Source: Vulcanimicrobiota bacterium
Lineage (GTDB): Bacteria > Vulcanimicrobiota > Vulcanimicrobiia > Eremiobacterales > Eremiobacteraceae
Reading direction: 5' to 3'
Length of the DNA stretch: 64,000 nucleotides
NCBI GenBank assembly: GCA_963812135.1
Contig: CAWETU010000001.1
Location: 1,888,001 to 1,952,000, forward strand
Below the pieces are notes generated by a model that saw only the letters and a list, made by a program, of their open reading frames with translations, had not been told where the DNA came from and did not search any database. Both the position numbers and the translations under genes were made by a program. Below, one piece after another: positions 22,922 to 32,496 of the stretch (within the stretch, counting starts at the first letter, position 1; every line of letters starts with the position of its first letter).

Positions 22922-23797
22922 ATGTCCAGCGTTTTTGAGTGCGTGCCAAACGTTTCAGAAGGGCGGCGCGCCGATGTCATCGCGGAGATCGCGCGCGACG
23001 CTGCAGGACGCGATGTCGTCCTGCTCGACACGCAAAGCGATAGCGCGCACAACCGCTCCGTCTACACGCTCGTCGGCACGGGTGACGGCGTGCTCGGCGC
23101 CGCGCTGCGGATCGCCGGCGCCGCGGTCAAGCTGATCGACCTGCGCACGCACACCGGCGAACACCCGCGCATGGGCGCGGTCGATGTCATCCCCTTCATC
23201 CCGGTGAGCGGCGCGACCATGGATGACGCGGTGGCACTGGCGCACTCGTGCGCGGAAGAGCTGTGGAAGCAGTATCGACTGCCTTCTTATTACTACGAGT
23301 TCGCCGCGACGCGGCCGGAGCGGCGCGACCTCGGCAACGTCCGCAAGGGACAGTTCGAAGGCTTGCTCGAGGCGGTCAAAGAGCCCGCGCGCCATCCCGA
23401 CGTCGGGGAGCCCGCGCTGCACCCGAGCGCCGGCATCGTCGCTGTCGGCGCCCGCAATTTCCTGATCGCCTTCAACGTGAACCTCGCGACCGGCGATCTC
23501 AAGCTTGCCGAACGCATCGCGCATGCAGTGCGGCGGCGCAGCGGCGGACTGCTCGGCATCAAGGCGCTCGGCTTCGCGCTCTCCGACTCGATCGTGCAGG
23601 TGTCGATGAACGTCGTCGACGTCAATGCGATTCCGCTCTACCGGGTGACCGAGCTCATCCGGCGCGAAGCCGCCGCGGCCGGCGTCGCCGTCAGCGGGTG
23701 CGAGCTCGTCGGGTTGTCGCCGCTGTCCGCGATCGCCGAATCCGCGGCGTACTACCTTCATCTCGAAGCGCTCGATCCGCGCGCGGTGACGTGGTAG
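22922..23797 (+). CDS. ftcD: Glutamate formimidoyltransferase (stand-alone FT domain)
   Basis: [51 protein letters not shown]. Confidence 0.93.
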   Translation: MSSVFECVPNVSEGRRADVIAEIARDAAGRDVVLLDTQSDSAHNRSVYTLVGTGDGVLGAALRIAGAAVKLIDLRTHTGEHPRMGAVDVIPFIPVSGATMDDAVALAHSCAEELWKQYRLPSYYYEFAATRPERRDLGNVRKGQFEGLLEAVKEPARHPDVGEPALHPSAGIVAVGARNFLIAFNVNLATGDLKLAERIAHAVRRRSGGLLGIKALGFALSDSIVQVSMNVVDVNAIPLYRVTELIRREAAAAGVAVSGCELVGLSPLSAIAESAAYYLHLEALDPRAVTW

Positions 23798-25051
23798 CAG
23801 GCCCAGGCGCGTCGTCGTACGCTTTGGTCAACGCAGTCGCCATCACGATGGCCCCGTTGGCCGCGCGCGTAGACGGCGACCCGCGCGTCAGCGACGATGA
23901 CCTTGGCATCGTGCGCGACGCGACGATCGTCGTGCGCGACGGTGTGATCGAATTCGTAGGACCCGAGCGAAGCTCGGGTGTCGCCGCGAGCGAAGCTCGC
24001 GGTCTCACGACCTACAATGCGGGCGGTTGCGTCGTCATGCCCGGGTTCGTCGACGCGCACACCCACGCGCTGTTCGCGGGCGATCGCGTTGCCGATTTCG
24101 AGGCGCTTGCGCGTGGCGAGCCGCCCTCGCTCGGCATCGGCTTCACCGTGGCGCAGACTCGCAAGCTCGACGAGGCCGCATTGGTCGCGAAAGGCAGACG
24201 CAAACTCGCAGCCATGCTCGCGCACGGCACGACGACCGCCGAGGTGAAGACCGGTTACGCCTTGAGTGCCGACGGCGAAGTCAGGCTGTTACGTGCACTC
24301 GCGCAGCTCGATGCCTTGGATGACACGCCGCACGTGATCGCCACCTTTTGCGGCGCGCACGCGCTGCCGCCGGAATTCACTTCATACGACGCGTTTGTGG
24401 ACGAGCTGGTCGCGCGGATCTTGCCGGCGGCCGCCGACACGAAGATCGCGCGCTTCGCCGACGCGTTTTGCGAACAGGGCTTCTTCAGCCCCGCTCAGAG
24501 CCGGCGCTTTCTCGAGGCGTGCGCCGCCCGCGGCCTACAGCTGCGCATCCACGCCGATGAGCTTTCGCATTCCGGCGGTGCGGCAGTCGCCGCGCAACTG
24601 CGTTGCACGTCGGCCGATCATCTCAACCATATCGCGAGCGCCGAGATCCCAGCGCTGCGCGAGTGCCGGAACATCTGCCGTCCTGTGTCCGGCGACGGCG
24701 CAATACATGGATCTGCCGTTCGCGCCCGCGCGAGCGCTCATCGATGGCGGCGTGCCCGTCTCGCTGGCGACCGACTTCAATCCGGGCACGTGCCCGTGCT
24801 TCTCATTGCAAGAGGTCGCGCATCTGGCTCGGCGGCGCATGCGCATGAGCATCGCCGAAACCATCGCCGGCGTCACCGTCTTCGCCGCGCGCTCGCTCGA
24901 CGCGGCCGGTGTGGCTGGCTGCATCGCACCAGGCCGGCCCGCCGATCTCGTCCAGCTCGAGACGCTAGATCATCGCGAGTTCGGCTATTATTTCGGGGTC
25001 AACCTCGTCACACGGTCATTCGTTGGACACAAGGGGGAGCATGTCGCTTGA
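23791..25051 (+). CDS. hutI: Imidazolonepropionase; frameshift ~24665
   Basis: PGFVDAHTH, HGTTTAEVKTGY, GAHALP, DAFCE, HADEL, then ATDFNPG in the next frame. Confidence 0.92.
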
Positions 25052-25613
25052 ACTGATCAGCGCTATTGCGAGTCTGACGACCGCGGTGGTCATCGGAGCG
25101 ACCGCGATCGCCGCGCTCATCCAGCTGCGTCACATGCGGGCCAGCAACCAGATCACCGGTTTCCTCACGCTGCGCAACATGCTCGACGACGACGCGCACC
25201 AGCGCGCGCTCGCGTTGCTCCACCGCGAAGGTGATCTTTCGCAAGACGAGGGGTATCGACGCTTCGTCGCGGACGATGCGGCCTTAAAACCGACCGGCGG
25301 TCAAACGCACTACGAGGAGATTCGCGCGGCCGTTCTGATAATGGCAAATTCGGTTGAGGTGATCGGCACGCTCGTTCGGAACGGCGTCGTCGATGACCGG
25401 ATGTTTTTCGAACAGTATTTTGGCACGATCGACGGATTGTGGTTGCGACTCCAAGGGCACGTCGCGTTGGAGCGTGGTATGCATCACGACGATGCCATTT
25501 GGGAGGACTTCGAATACCTCGCCGCTCGCTCGCGCCAGTTCGCCCAAGAGCACCCGAGCGTTTACCCGTCGGGCGTGCCGCGGCTCTTGCCTCCTCAAGC
25601 GAAAAAAGAGTGA
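25041..25613 (+). CDS. Membrane-anchored DUF4760-like protein, paralog 1
   Basis: N-terminal TM segment then ATAIAALIQLRHMRASNQ and WEDFEYLAAR..YPSG, shared with three other ORFs. ATG at 25041 after GGGGGAG. Family name is from recall. Confidence 0.7.
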   Translation: MSLELISAIASLTTAVVIGATAIAALIQLRHMRASNQITGFLTLRNMLDDDAHQRALALLHREGDLSQDEGYRRFVADDAALKPTGGQTHYEEIRAAVLIMANSVEVIGTLVRNGVVDDRMFFEQYFGTIDGLWLRLQGHVALERGMHHDDAIWEDFEYLAARSRQFAQEHPSVYPSGVPRLLPPQAKKE

Positions 25614-25662
25614 CCGAACAGAGGTTTGATGCTGCAATCGCTAGGGTATATGGCGTCCAACT

Positions 25663-26082
25663 GTGCCTGAGTCATTAGGGCAAGACGGCTTCGACGCGCT
25701 TTTCCCGAGCGCGTATCGCTCCGTCGCCGAAGCCCGCCATGCGGTTGCCGACTATGCCATCGACTGCGGTTTCGACTATGCAGACGTTTGCGATATCGCG
25801 TTAGCCGTCGGCGAGGCATGCAACAACGCCGCGGAGCACGGCCACGTCGCGAGCGGCCACTTCCGGCTTGGGGCGACTTTTGATGGCGTTGACTTGAGCA
25901 TCGTGGTGTCTGATAAGGGAACCGGTTTTGACGTCCGCAAGGTTCCAGGTACGATTAAGCTCGACGCCATGGACCGCGGCATGGGCATGTTCCTGATGCG
26001 CGCGCTCATGGATCGCGTCGAGCACGATTGCACGGGCGACGGCACGACCGTCCGACTGGTGAAGCGTCGGCGGTTACATTAG
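25663..26082 (+). CDS. RsbW/SpoIIAB-like anti-sigma factor Ser/Thr kinase (HATPase_c_2)
   Basis: LAVGEACNNAAEHG, VSDKGTGFD, RGMGMFLMRALMDRV, GTTVRLVK. Confidence 0.88.
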   Translation: MPESLGQDGFDALFPSAYRSVAEARHAVADYAIDCGFDYADVCDIALAVGEACNNAAEHGHVASGHFRLGATFDGVDLSIVVSDKGTGFDVRKVPGTIKLDAMDRGMGMFLMRALMDRVEHDCTGDGTTVRLVKRRRLH

Positions 26083-26085
26083 CAA

Positions 26086-26109
26086 CGGTCGAATAAATTC
26101 GACCGCTAC
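26086..26109 (-). repeat. REP-like palindrome copy 3; its GTAG provides the pfk stop codon
   Basis: Exact 24-mer; CTA at 26106-26108 is the TAG that ends pfk. Confidence 0.85.
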
Positions 26110-27352
26110 ATCACGACGGGTTCGAAGCGGGTCTTGAAATCCGCCGCCGACATGCCGGCGGTTTTCGCCAGCTCGCCTAGGCGCGGCTGCTCGAAATCAT
26201 CTTTTTCGAGCCGGATCATATATTTGCGCGCGACCTCGTAGGCCTCGGTCGACGTGTCGACCTGCCGCACGCGGATGCGACCGGTGGCGGGGTCGAGCAT
26301 GTCCTGCAGCGTGACCGGCGTCACCTTGCCGCCGCGCAGCGCGATCATCGCGCCCGAGCCGCCGCTCATGAGGTAGCGCACCGCCCCGTAGCCCAGCGTG
26401 CGCGCGTACTCAACGTCGAACGCGACCGGTTTGGCGCAGCGCAGCTCGTAGCCGATCTCTTTCTTGATCACCGTGGCCTTGATGTGCAGCGCCTCCAAAC
26501 GCTGGCGCACGAATCCGCGCACGGCGTCGCCGACGTCGAGGTCGCTGATGCGGATATGGCCGTATTGGTCGCGCGGCAGGTTTTTCAACCCTTCGAGCGC
26601 CTGCTCGTCAAGCCGCTCGACAACGCCCTCGGCCACGATGGCGACGCCGTGATCGTGACCCATCCAGCGCCGCTTGATGATGCTGCCGATGATGATGTCG
26701 GCGACGCGCTCGAGCGAGACCTTCGAGTCCCCGAATTCCTCCGGGATGACCGCCAGCGTGCCGCCGGCCGATTTGCAGATGCCAAGCGCAAGCGCGCCCG
26801 ATTTGCGCCCCATGCAAACGGCGGTATACCAACGTGTCGTCGTCTTCGCATCTTCCATGAGGCTCTCGACGATGTCGGTGCCGACCTCTCGTGCCGTCTC
26901 GAAGCCGAACGTCGGCATGTTATCGGGCAACGGCAAGATCATTGTCGATCGTCTTGGGGACCGTGGCGACGTGGATGTCGCCGCCCGCGGCTTGCGCGAT
27001 CTTGGCCGCGCCGAACGTCGTGTCGTCGCCGCCGATGCAGATCAAGTGCGTGATGCCGAGCACGCGCAGCACCGAGACGCAGTTCGAGAGACTCTCGTCG
27101 TCCTTGGCCGGGTTGGTGCGAGACGTGCGCAGCAACGAGCCGCCGGTCCAATGGATGCGGCTCACGTCGTCGATGTGCAGCTCGGTGGCATGACTCTGCG
27201 TCGCGCTGCGCCAGCCATTGATAGCCGTCGTAGATGCCGAGCACGCGGCAGCCTTCATTGATGGCCTCAATCGTCGCGGCCGCGATGACGCCGTTGATGC
27301 CCGGCGCCGGCCCGCCGCCGACGAGAATGCCGAACGTCGGTATCGTTTTCAT
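26106..27352 (-). CDS. pfp: Probably PPi-dependent 6-phosphofructokinase; frameshifts ~27200 and ~26940
   Basis: GGGPAPGING, IGGDDT and PKTIDND (the Asp/Lys pair typical of PPi-dependent enzymes), MGR, GYELRC across three frames. Confidence 0.88.
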
Positions 27353-27909
27353 GTCTGCTTACGCCTCGCGTCGGCGACGTCAAACTCAGCCATCCGCGGC
27401 GTGCCCTTGGGATAGGCGCCATCGGGGTAGCGCCGCTGCCACAGCATCGCTCGCGCGGCAAGATACTCGAAATTCTCAAACGCAGACAGGCCCGCGCGCG
27501 AGCGCATCGCCGTGATCGGGACTTCAAGCAGGCGCCACGCGGCCACGACCTGCGAGGAGAGGATGTCGAGCCACGAGCGCTCGTCGACGAGCTCCCATTT
27601 CGCGAAGGTGCCGATCTGCTCCCAAAAATCAGCGACTAGCATCTCCGGGTGGCTCGCGCGAGAGATACCGCCTGCCGCGTACTCGGCTAGGACCGCCGGA
27701 TCTTTGAGCTTTTCTGGCAGCACCGTGCGCGTATACTGGATGTGGTTCTGCATCTCGGGCGAATCCCACATCTGCATGAGCGTGAGGAGCGCGTTGAGTT
27801 GGTTGCCTGCGCGGAGATGGCGTAACTGAATGACCGCGGCGATCGCCGTCGCCGCGATGACGACGAACGTCGCGCCCGCAAATATCGTGTTCCACAACTC
27901 AAGTGGCAT
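27349..27909 (-). CDS. Membrane-anchored DUF4760-like protein, paralog 2
   Basis: MPLELWN..ATAIAAVIQLRHLRAGNQ..FWEQIG..FENFEYLAAR..YPKG; ATGA overlap with pfk. Confidence 0.7.
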   Translation of the reverse strand: MPLELWNTIFAGATFVVIAATAIAAVIQLRHLRAGNQLNALLTLMQMWDSPEMQNHIQYTRTVLPEKLKDPAVLAEYAAGGISRASHPEMLVADFWEQIGTFAKWELVDERSWLDILSSQVVAAWRLLEVPITAMRSRAGLSAFENFEYLAARAMLWQRRYPDGAYPKGTPRMAEFDVADARRKQT

Positions 27910-28333
27910 GCGCGGCAAGGTCTCTTTCAACGAATGAGCTATACCTGTGCAAAACCCAAAGACCCCAAACCGCTACGGCTTCCCAAAGAACAGCGGCAGC
28001 GATCAGGGCAGCCGGGTGCGCGGCTGCAATCGGAATGTCCAGAATGCTCCACGTCGGTTGCACTCTACCACCGAAGACGATCAACAAAGCTAGTGGGGTG
28101 GCGATCGCGCTGATCCACGTGAAAACCCGAGCCCATGTCCACCAGCGCCGCTCTCCCCGAATGAGCCCGGGTCCGATCCACAAACTCAACACACCGAAAT
28201 CGAGATTGATATGCAGGATGAACGCGCCGACTAAAATGTGAAGAACGGAGACAACTCCTCCAAGAAAAAAGAGCACCCCAAGAACATACACCGGCCTAGG
28301 CACATCGTCTTGGGGGAGCACTCTAAGCGTCAT
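27899..28333 (-). CDS. Hypothetical small polytopic membrane protein
   Basis: 144 aa with about four hydrophobic segments; overlaps both neighbours by 11 bp; looks more AT-rich than its flanks. Confidence 0.6.
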   Translation of the reverse strand: MTLRVLPQDDVPRPVYVLGVLFFLGGVVSVLHILVGAFILHINLDFGVLSLWIGPGLIRGERRWWTWARVFTWISAIATPLALLIVFGGRVQPTWSILDIPIAAAHPAALIAAAVLWEAVAVWGLWVLHRYSSFVERDLAAHAT

Positions 28334-28886
28334 GCGCCGAATCCTCCGGGTACGGATCGATCACCGGCAGACGCGGCGCGTCTTTCGGGTACGTGTCCGG
28401 GTTCTTCGCCTCCCAGATGAGCGCTCGCGACACCATGTACTCGAAATTGTCGTACGCGGTCGGCCCCCGTTTGCGGCGGATGATCGCGATCACGGGCATC
28501 ATCCTGTTCCAGGCTGCGGTTGCCGTCCAACCCCCGCTCTCCATGAAGGCCCGTTCCTCGAAGGAGCCCAACTTGAACATCCCGCCAAGCGACTCCCAGA
28601 AGTCGATATAGTTGATTTCCGGATACGCGACGCGATCGATCGGCTGGCGCATCAACCCCGCGCGGTACGCAGGGTCCTCAAGCTTCTTCTCGATCTCGCC
28701 GCTGAAGACGTACGCTTGCAGCTTCCTCGCTTCGGGGCCGGCCCATTTGTCGAAAAGGCCCAGCGTGGCGTTAATCTGATTGCCCGAGCGCATGTGCCGC
28801 AGCTGGATGACCGCCGCGATCGCTGACGCCGCGATCACAACGAGCGTGCCGAAGGTCGAAAGTGCGGAAAGTTCTTCCCAGCTCAT
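28323..28886 (-). CDS. Membrane-anchored DUF4760-like protein, paralog 3
   Basis: MSWEELS..ASAIAAVIQLRHMRSGNQ..FWESLG..YDNFEYMVSR..YPKD. Confidence 0.7.
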   Translation of the reverse strand: MSWEELSALSTFGTLVVIAASAIAAVIQLRHMRSGNQINATLGLFDKWAGPEARKLQAYVFSGEIEKKLEDPAYRAGLMRQPIDRVAYPEINYIDFWESLGGMFKLGSFEERAFMESGGWTATAAWNRMMPVIAIIRRKRGPTAYDNFEYMVSRALIWEAKNPDTYPKDAPRLPVIDPYPEDSAHDA

Positions 28887-29470
28887 CCTTGAGCCTCACC
28901 GACCGTCGCGCGGCCCTCCGCGGCGGTCGCGGCGCCGACATCCGGCAGCGGTAGCCGCTGCATGGTCGACGGGAACGAGCCCTGCGGATGGCGCCGCGTG
29001 AACTCCCTCCCGCGCGCGGCGAGGTATTCGAAGTTCTCCCAGAGCGCGGGGCCGCGCGCCCGGCGCATCAAAGCGACCGGCACGCCGAGGCGATCCCAAT
29101 CGTTACTCACCACCCCCGACGCGAGGTCGAGAAACGGATCCTCCTGGATGAGGCCGTGTTTGACCATGGTGCCGACCTGCTCCCACCAGGTGATGATTCG
29201 AACCTCGGGATGAACCGACCAGTCATTGGCCGCTGTGTCCAGCGATTGCGAATAGCCCGGTTCTTGTACTCGTTTGGCGAGCTCTACCCGCACGTAATGG
29301 GCAGCCGCGCGCATCGCGTCATCATCCCACATCTCGTTGAGCTTGAGCATCGCCTGCAATTGATTGCTCGCCTGTAGATGCCGCAGCTGGACGAGGGCTG
29401 CGATCGCAGTCGCCGTGATGACCACGAACGTGCCGACTGCGGCCAGCGTGTTGATCGTCTCTATCGGCAT
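28883..29470 (-). CDS. Membrane-anchored DUF4760-like protein, paralog 4
   Basis: MPIETIN..ATAIAALVQLRHLQASNQ..WWEQVG..WENFEYLAAR..FPST; start chosen by alignment with the paralogs. Confidence 0.7.
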   Translation of the reverse strand: MPIETINTLAAVGTFVVITATAIAALVQLRHLQASNQLQAMLKLNEMWDDDAMRAAAHYVRVELAKRVQEPGYSQSLDTAANDWSVHPEVRIITWWEQVGTMVKHGLIQEDPFLDLASGVVSNDWDRLGVPVALMRRARGPALWENFEYLAARGREFTRRHPQGSFPSTMQRLPLPDVGAATAAEGRATVGEAQG

Positions 29471-29570
29471 CAGCGCCCTCATCAAGAGAATGGCCTCGAG
29501 CATTCGCTCGAGGCCTTCACCCGAGCTGTCGCTCGGGTCCTACCTTCAGCCGTGGCTGGGGTCCCACATG

Positions 29571-32072
29571 CTAGTTGTTTGCGGGACCTGTCTCCGTCGG
29601 TTCGGGCACCGGTGGTTTGAGCGGCTCGCCGATCTTGCGGAACGTCGACTTGCCCTCTTCAGCGTCGAGCAAGATGTGGTCGCCGACCTTGAACGTGCCG
29701 CGCAGCAGCTCTTCGGACAGCGGGTCTTCGACTAGCCGGCCGATCGCGCGCCGCAGCGGGCGGGCGCCGAACGCCGGATCCCAACCCTCTTTGGCGATCA
29801 GCTCGCGCGCCGCTTCGGTCGCTTCGAGCGTCATGTGCTGGTTCTCCAGCTCCTTGACGACCTTGGCGAGCTCGAGCGTGACGATCTGCTTGATCTGGTC
29901 CATGTCGAGCGAGTGGAAGACCACGACTTCGTCGACGCGGTTGAGGAACTCCGGCCGGAAGATGTGTTTGATCTCTTCCAGTATCTTGTTCTTCATGCGC
30001 TCGTAGCGCACCGCCGACGAGCCTTCTTCCTTCACCGGCCGGAAACCGATGTCGCTGCTCTTCTGCAGTCCCATCGCGCCGATGTTGCTCGTCATGATGA
30101 TGACCGTGTTTTTGAAGTCGACCGCGCGGCCTTGCGAGTCGGTGAGCCGGCCGTCTTCGAGCACCTGCAGCAGCAGGTTGAACACGTCCGGATGCGCCTT
30201 CTCGATCTCGTCGAGCAGCACGACCGCGTAGGGGCGACGGCGCACCGCTTCGGTGAGCTGTCCGCCTTCTTCGTAGCCGACGTAGCCGGGCGGCGCGCCG
30301 ACCAGCCGCGAGACCGAATATTTCTCCATGTACTCGGACATGTCGATGCGGATCATCGAATCGGCGTCGTCGAACATGAACTCGGCAAGTGTGCGAGCGA
30401 GCTCGGTCTTGCCGACGCCGGTCGGACCCAAGAAGATGAACGAGCCGATCGGCCGCTTCGGATTCTTCAAGCCAGCCCGGGCGCGCCGGATGGCGCGCGA
30501 GATGACTTTGATCGCTTCGTCTTGGCCGATGATGCGCTTGTGCAACGCTTGGTCCATGTTGAGCAGCTTGGAGGTCTCTTCTTCTTTGAGCCTGCTGACC
30601 GGAATGCGCGTCCAGGTTGAGACGATGTGCGCGATCTCCTCGGGGCCGACCGTGTTGGTCTTCTCGCCCTTGGCGTTGCGCTTCTCGATCCACTCGGCTT
30701 CCATGGTCGCCTTCTTGGCGCGCATCTTCTCCTCGCGGTCGCGGATCTGCGCCGCGCGCTCGAATTCTTGCGCCTTGATGGCGGCTTCTTTCTCAGCCTT
30801 GACCTTGCGGATCTCGGTCTCGACCTCGCGGATCTCCGGCGGCAACGAGGTTGATTGCAGCCGCACGCGCGATGCCGCTTCGTCCATCAGGTCGACGGCT
30901 TTGTCGGGCAGGAAGCGATCGGAGATGTAGCGCGCCGACAGCCGTGCCGCGGCTTCGAGCGCTTCATCTGAGATCTTGACGCGATGGTGCGCTTCGTAGC
31001 GGTCGCGCAGGCCCTTGAGGATCTCGACGGTCTCGTCGATCGACGGCTCGCCGACCATGATCGATTGGAAGCGGCGCTCGAGCGCTGAATCCTTCTCGAT
31101 GTGCTTGCGGAACTCGTTGAGCGTCGTCGCGCCGATGCACTGCAGCTCGCCGCGTGCGAGCGCCGGTTTGATGATGTTGCTCGCGTCGATCGCGCCTTCG
31201 GCGGCACCCGCCCCGACGAGCGTGTGGAGCTCGTCGATGAACAGGATGATCTCGCCGCTCGCGCCGCGGATCTCATCCATGACGCGCTTCATGCGCTCTT
31301 CGAACTCGCCGCGATACTTCGTGCCGGCCACCAGGCCCGCAAGATCGAGCGTGATGACGCGTTTGTCGCGCAGCAGCTCGGGCACGTCGCCGTTGATGAC
31401 GCGCTGTGCCAAGCCTTCGGCGATCGCCGTCTTGCCGACGCCGGGCTCACCGATGAGCGCCGGGTTGTTCTTGGTGCGCCGCGAGAGGATCTGCACGACG
31501 CGTTCGATCTCGGTGTTGCGGCCGATGACCGGATCGAGCTTGCCCTCGCGGGCGAGCTGCGTGAGGTCGCGGCCGTACGCGTCGAGCGTCGGCGTCTTGC
31601 TCTTGCCTTTGGACGCGGTCTGCGTCTGCGTCTCGGCGCCCAGCAACGAGGTCGTCTGCACGCGCACTTTGGCGGGGTCGACGCCCAGGTTGGTGAGCAC
31701 GCGCGCGGCAACGCCTTCGCCTTCGCGGATCAAGCCGAGCAGCAAATGCTCCGTGCCGATGTAGTTGTGGTTGAGCTGGCGCGCTTCTTCAAAAGCCAGT
31801 TCGATGACGCGCTTGGCCCTGGGGGTGAACACCATCTCCTGTTGCACGGTCTGGCCGCCGCGCCCGACGATCGCCTCGACTTCGGCCCGAACCTTCGCCA
31901 GGTTGACTCCTAAAGTTTCCAACACTTTGGCGGCAAGGCTCTCGCCTTCGCTGATGATGCCGAGCAGGATGTGTTCCGTTCCGATGTAGTTGTTGCCGAG
32001 CCGCTGCGCCTCTTCTTGCGCCAGCACGATGCTGCGGCGCGCGCGCTCGGTGAACGGTTCCCACATTGACAT
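29571..32072 (-). CDS. clpC: ATP-dependent Clp protease ATPase subunit ClpC
   Basis: Two Clp-N repeats (YIGTEH), [11 protein letters not shown]-like middle coiled coil, GPTGVGKT, ClpP-docking IGF loop (DIGF), FGARPLRR. Confidence 0.96.
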   Translation of the reverse strand: MSMWEPFTERARRSIVLAQEEAQRLGNNYIGTEHILLGIISEGESLAAKVLETLGVNLAKVRAEVEAIVGRGGQTVQQEMVFTPRAKRVIELAFEEARQLNHNYIGTEHLLLGLIREGEGVAARVLTNLGVDPAKVRVQTTSLLGAETQTQTASKGKSKTPTLDAYGRDLTQLAREGKLDPVIGRNTEIERVVQILSRRTKNNPALIGEPGVGKTAIAEGLAQRVINGDVPELLRDKRVITLDLAGLVAGTKYRGEFEERMKRVMDEIRGASGEIILFIDELHTLVGAGAAEGAIDASNIIKPALARGELQCIGATTLNEFRKHIEKDSALERRFQSIMVGEPSIDETVEILKGLRDRYEAHHRVKISDEALEAAARLSARYISDRFLPDKAVDLMDEAASRVRLQSTSLPPEIREVETEIRKVKAEKEAAIKAQEFERAAQIRDREEKMRAKKATMEAEWIEKRNAKGEKTNTVGPEEIAHIVSTWTRIPVSRLKEEETSKLLNMDQALHKRIIGQDEAIKVISRAIRRARAGLKNPKRPIGSFIFLGPTGVGKTELARTLAEFMFDDADSMIRIDMSEYMEKYSVSRLVGAPPGYVGYEEGGQLTEAVRRRPYAVVLLDEIEKAHPDVFNLLLQVLEDGRLTDSQGRAVDFKNTVIIMTSNIGAMGLQKSSDIGFRPVKEEGSSAVRYERMKNKILEEIKHIFRPEFLNRVDEVVVFHSLDMDQIKQIVTLELAKVVKELENQHMTLEATEAARELIAKEGWDPAFGARPLRRAIGRLVEDPLSEELLRGTFKVGDHILLDAEEGKSTFRKIGEPLKPPVPEPTETGPANN

Positions 32073-32229
32073 TACTTTATCTATCTCCACCGGCCGCGCA
32101 ATGGCAGCCGCTCCTTTGAATGGTGTACAGGTGTTCGACGTGGCGTGGGGTTGTGCTTCTTTCCAATACCTAAACGTTTTATCGGTATCTTTCGTGTCCG
32201 GGTTCGTGTTTGGGCCTGAAAAAAAGAGA

Positions 32230-32414
32230 AAGCCCCAAGGGCTCTCGGTCGTCGCAGTACTGGAGCCCGCCGTAAGTGGCGGGAGTCTTATCGGCTTTCG
32301 CTTGATCAGGTCTTTGCCTAATCGCTACGCCCGGGTTACACAATCCGGATGCGGTCGGTGCTCACGCCGTCCGCTCGCCGATCGGTACGCTATAGAGCAA
32401 GCCCCCTGAGGCTT
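32230..32414 (-). ncRNA. Candidate ~185-nt structured non-coding RNA, family unassigned (6S-sized)
   Basis: 5' AAGCCUCAGGGGGCU pairs with 3' AGCCCUUGGGGCUU; four internal hairpins; G-U wobbles work only on the minus strand; upstream promoter; U7 tract at 32225-32219. Confidence 0.7.
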
Positions 32415-32420
32415 AAGCGC

Positions 32421-32449
32421 ATGATACGCCTGCACTCCTGACGTGTCAA
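32421..32449 (-). promoter_or_regulatory. Sigma70-type promoter TTGACA-N17-TATCAT
   Basis: On the + strand tgtcaa is at 32444-32449 and atgata at 32421-32426, with a 17-nt spacer. Predicted +1 near 32414 coincides with the 5' end of the RNA stem. Confidence 0.85.
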
Positions 32450-32496
32450 GGCGGTTTGGCACCGGAAATTTGAGAACTTTTCGAGAAGACTTGCGC

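Noticed and set aside
27349..29470. Integron cassette array
   Set aside because: The genes overlap each other, leaving no room for attC sites, and no integrase is present.
32230..32414. THF/folE riboswitch for the folK fusion, SRP RNA or retron ncRNA
   Set aside because: Promoter, U-tract and G-U pairs point away from folK; no SRP GGAA loop motif is seen and no reverse transcriptase is nearby.
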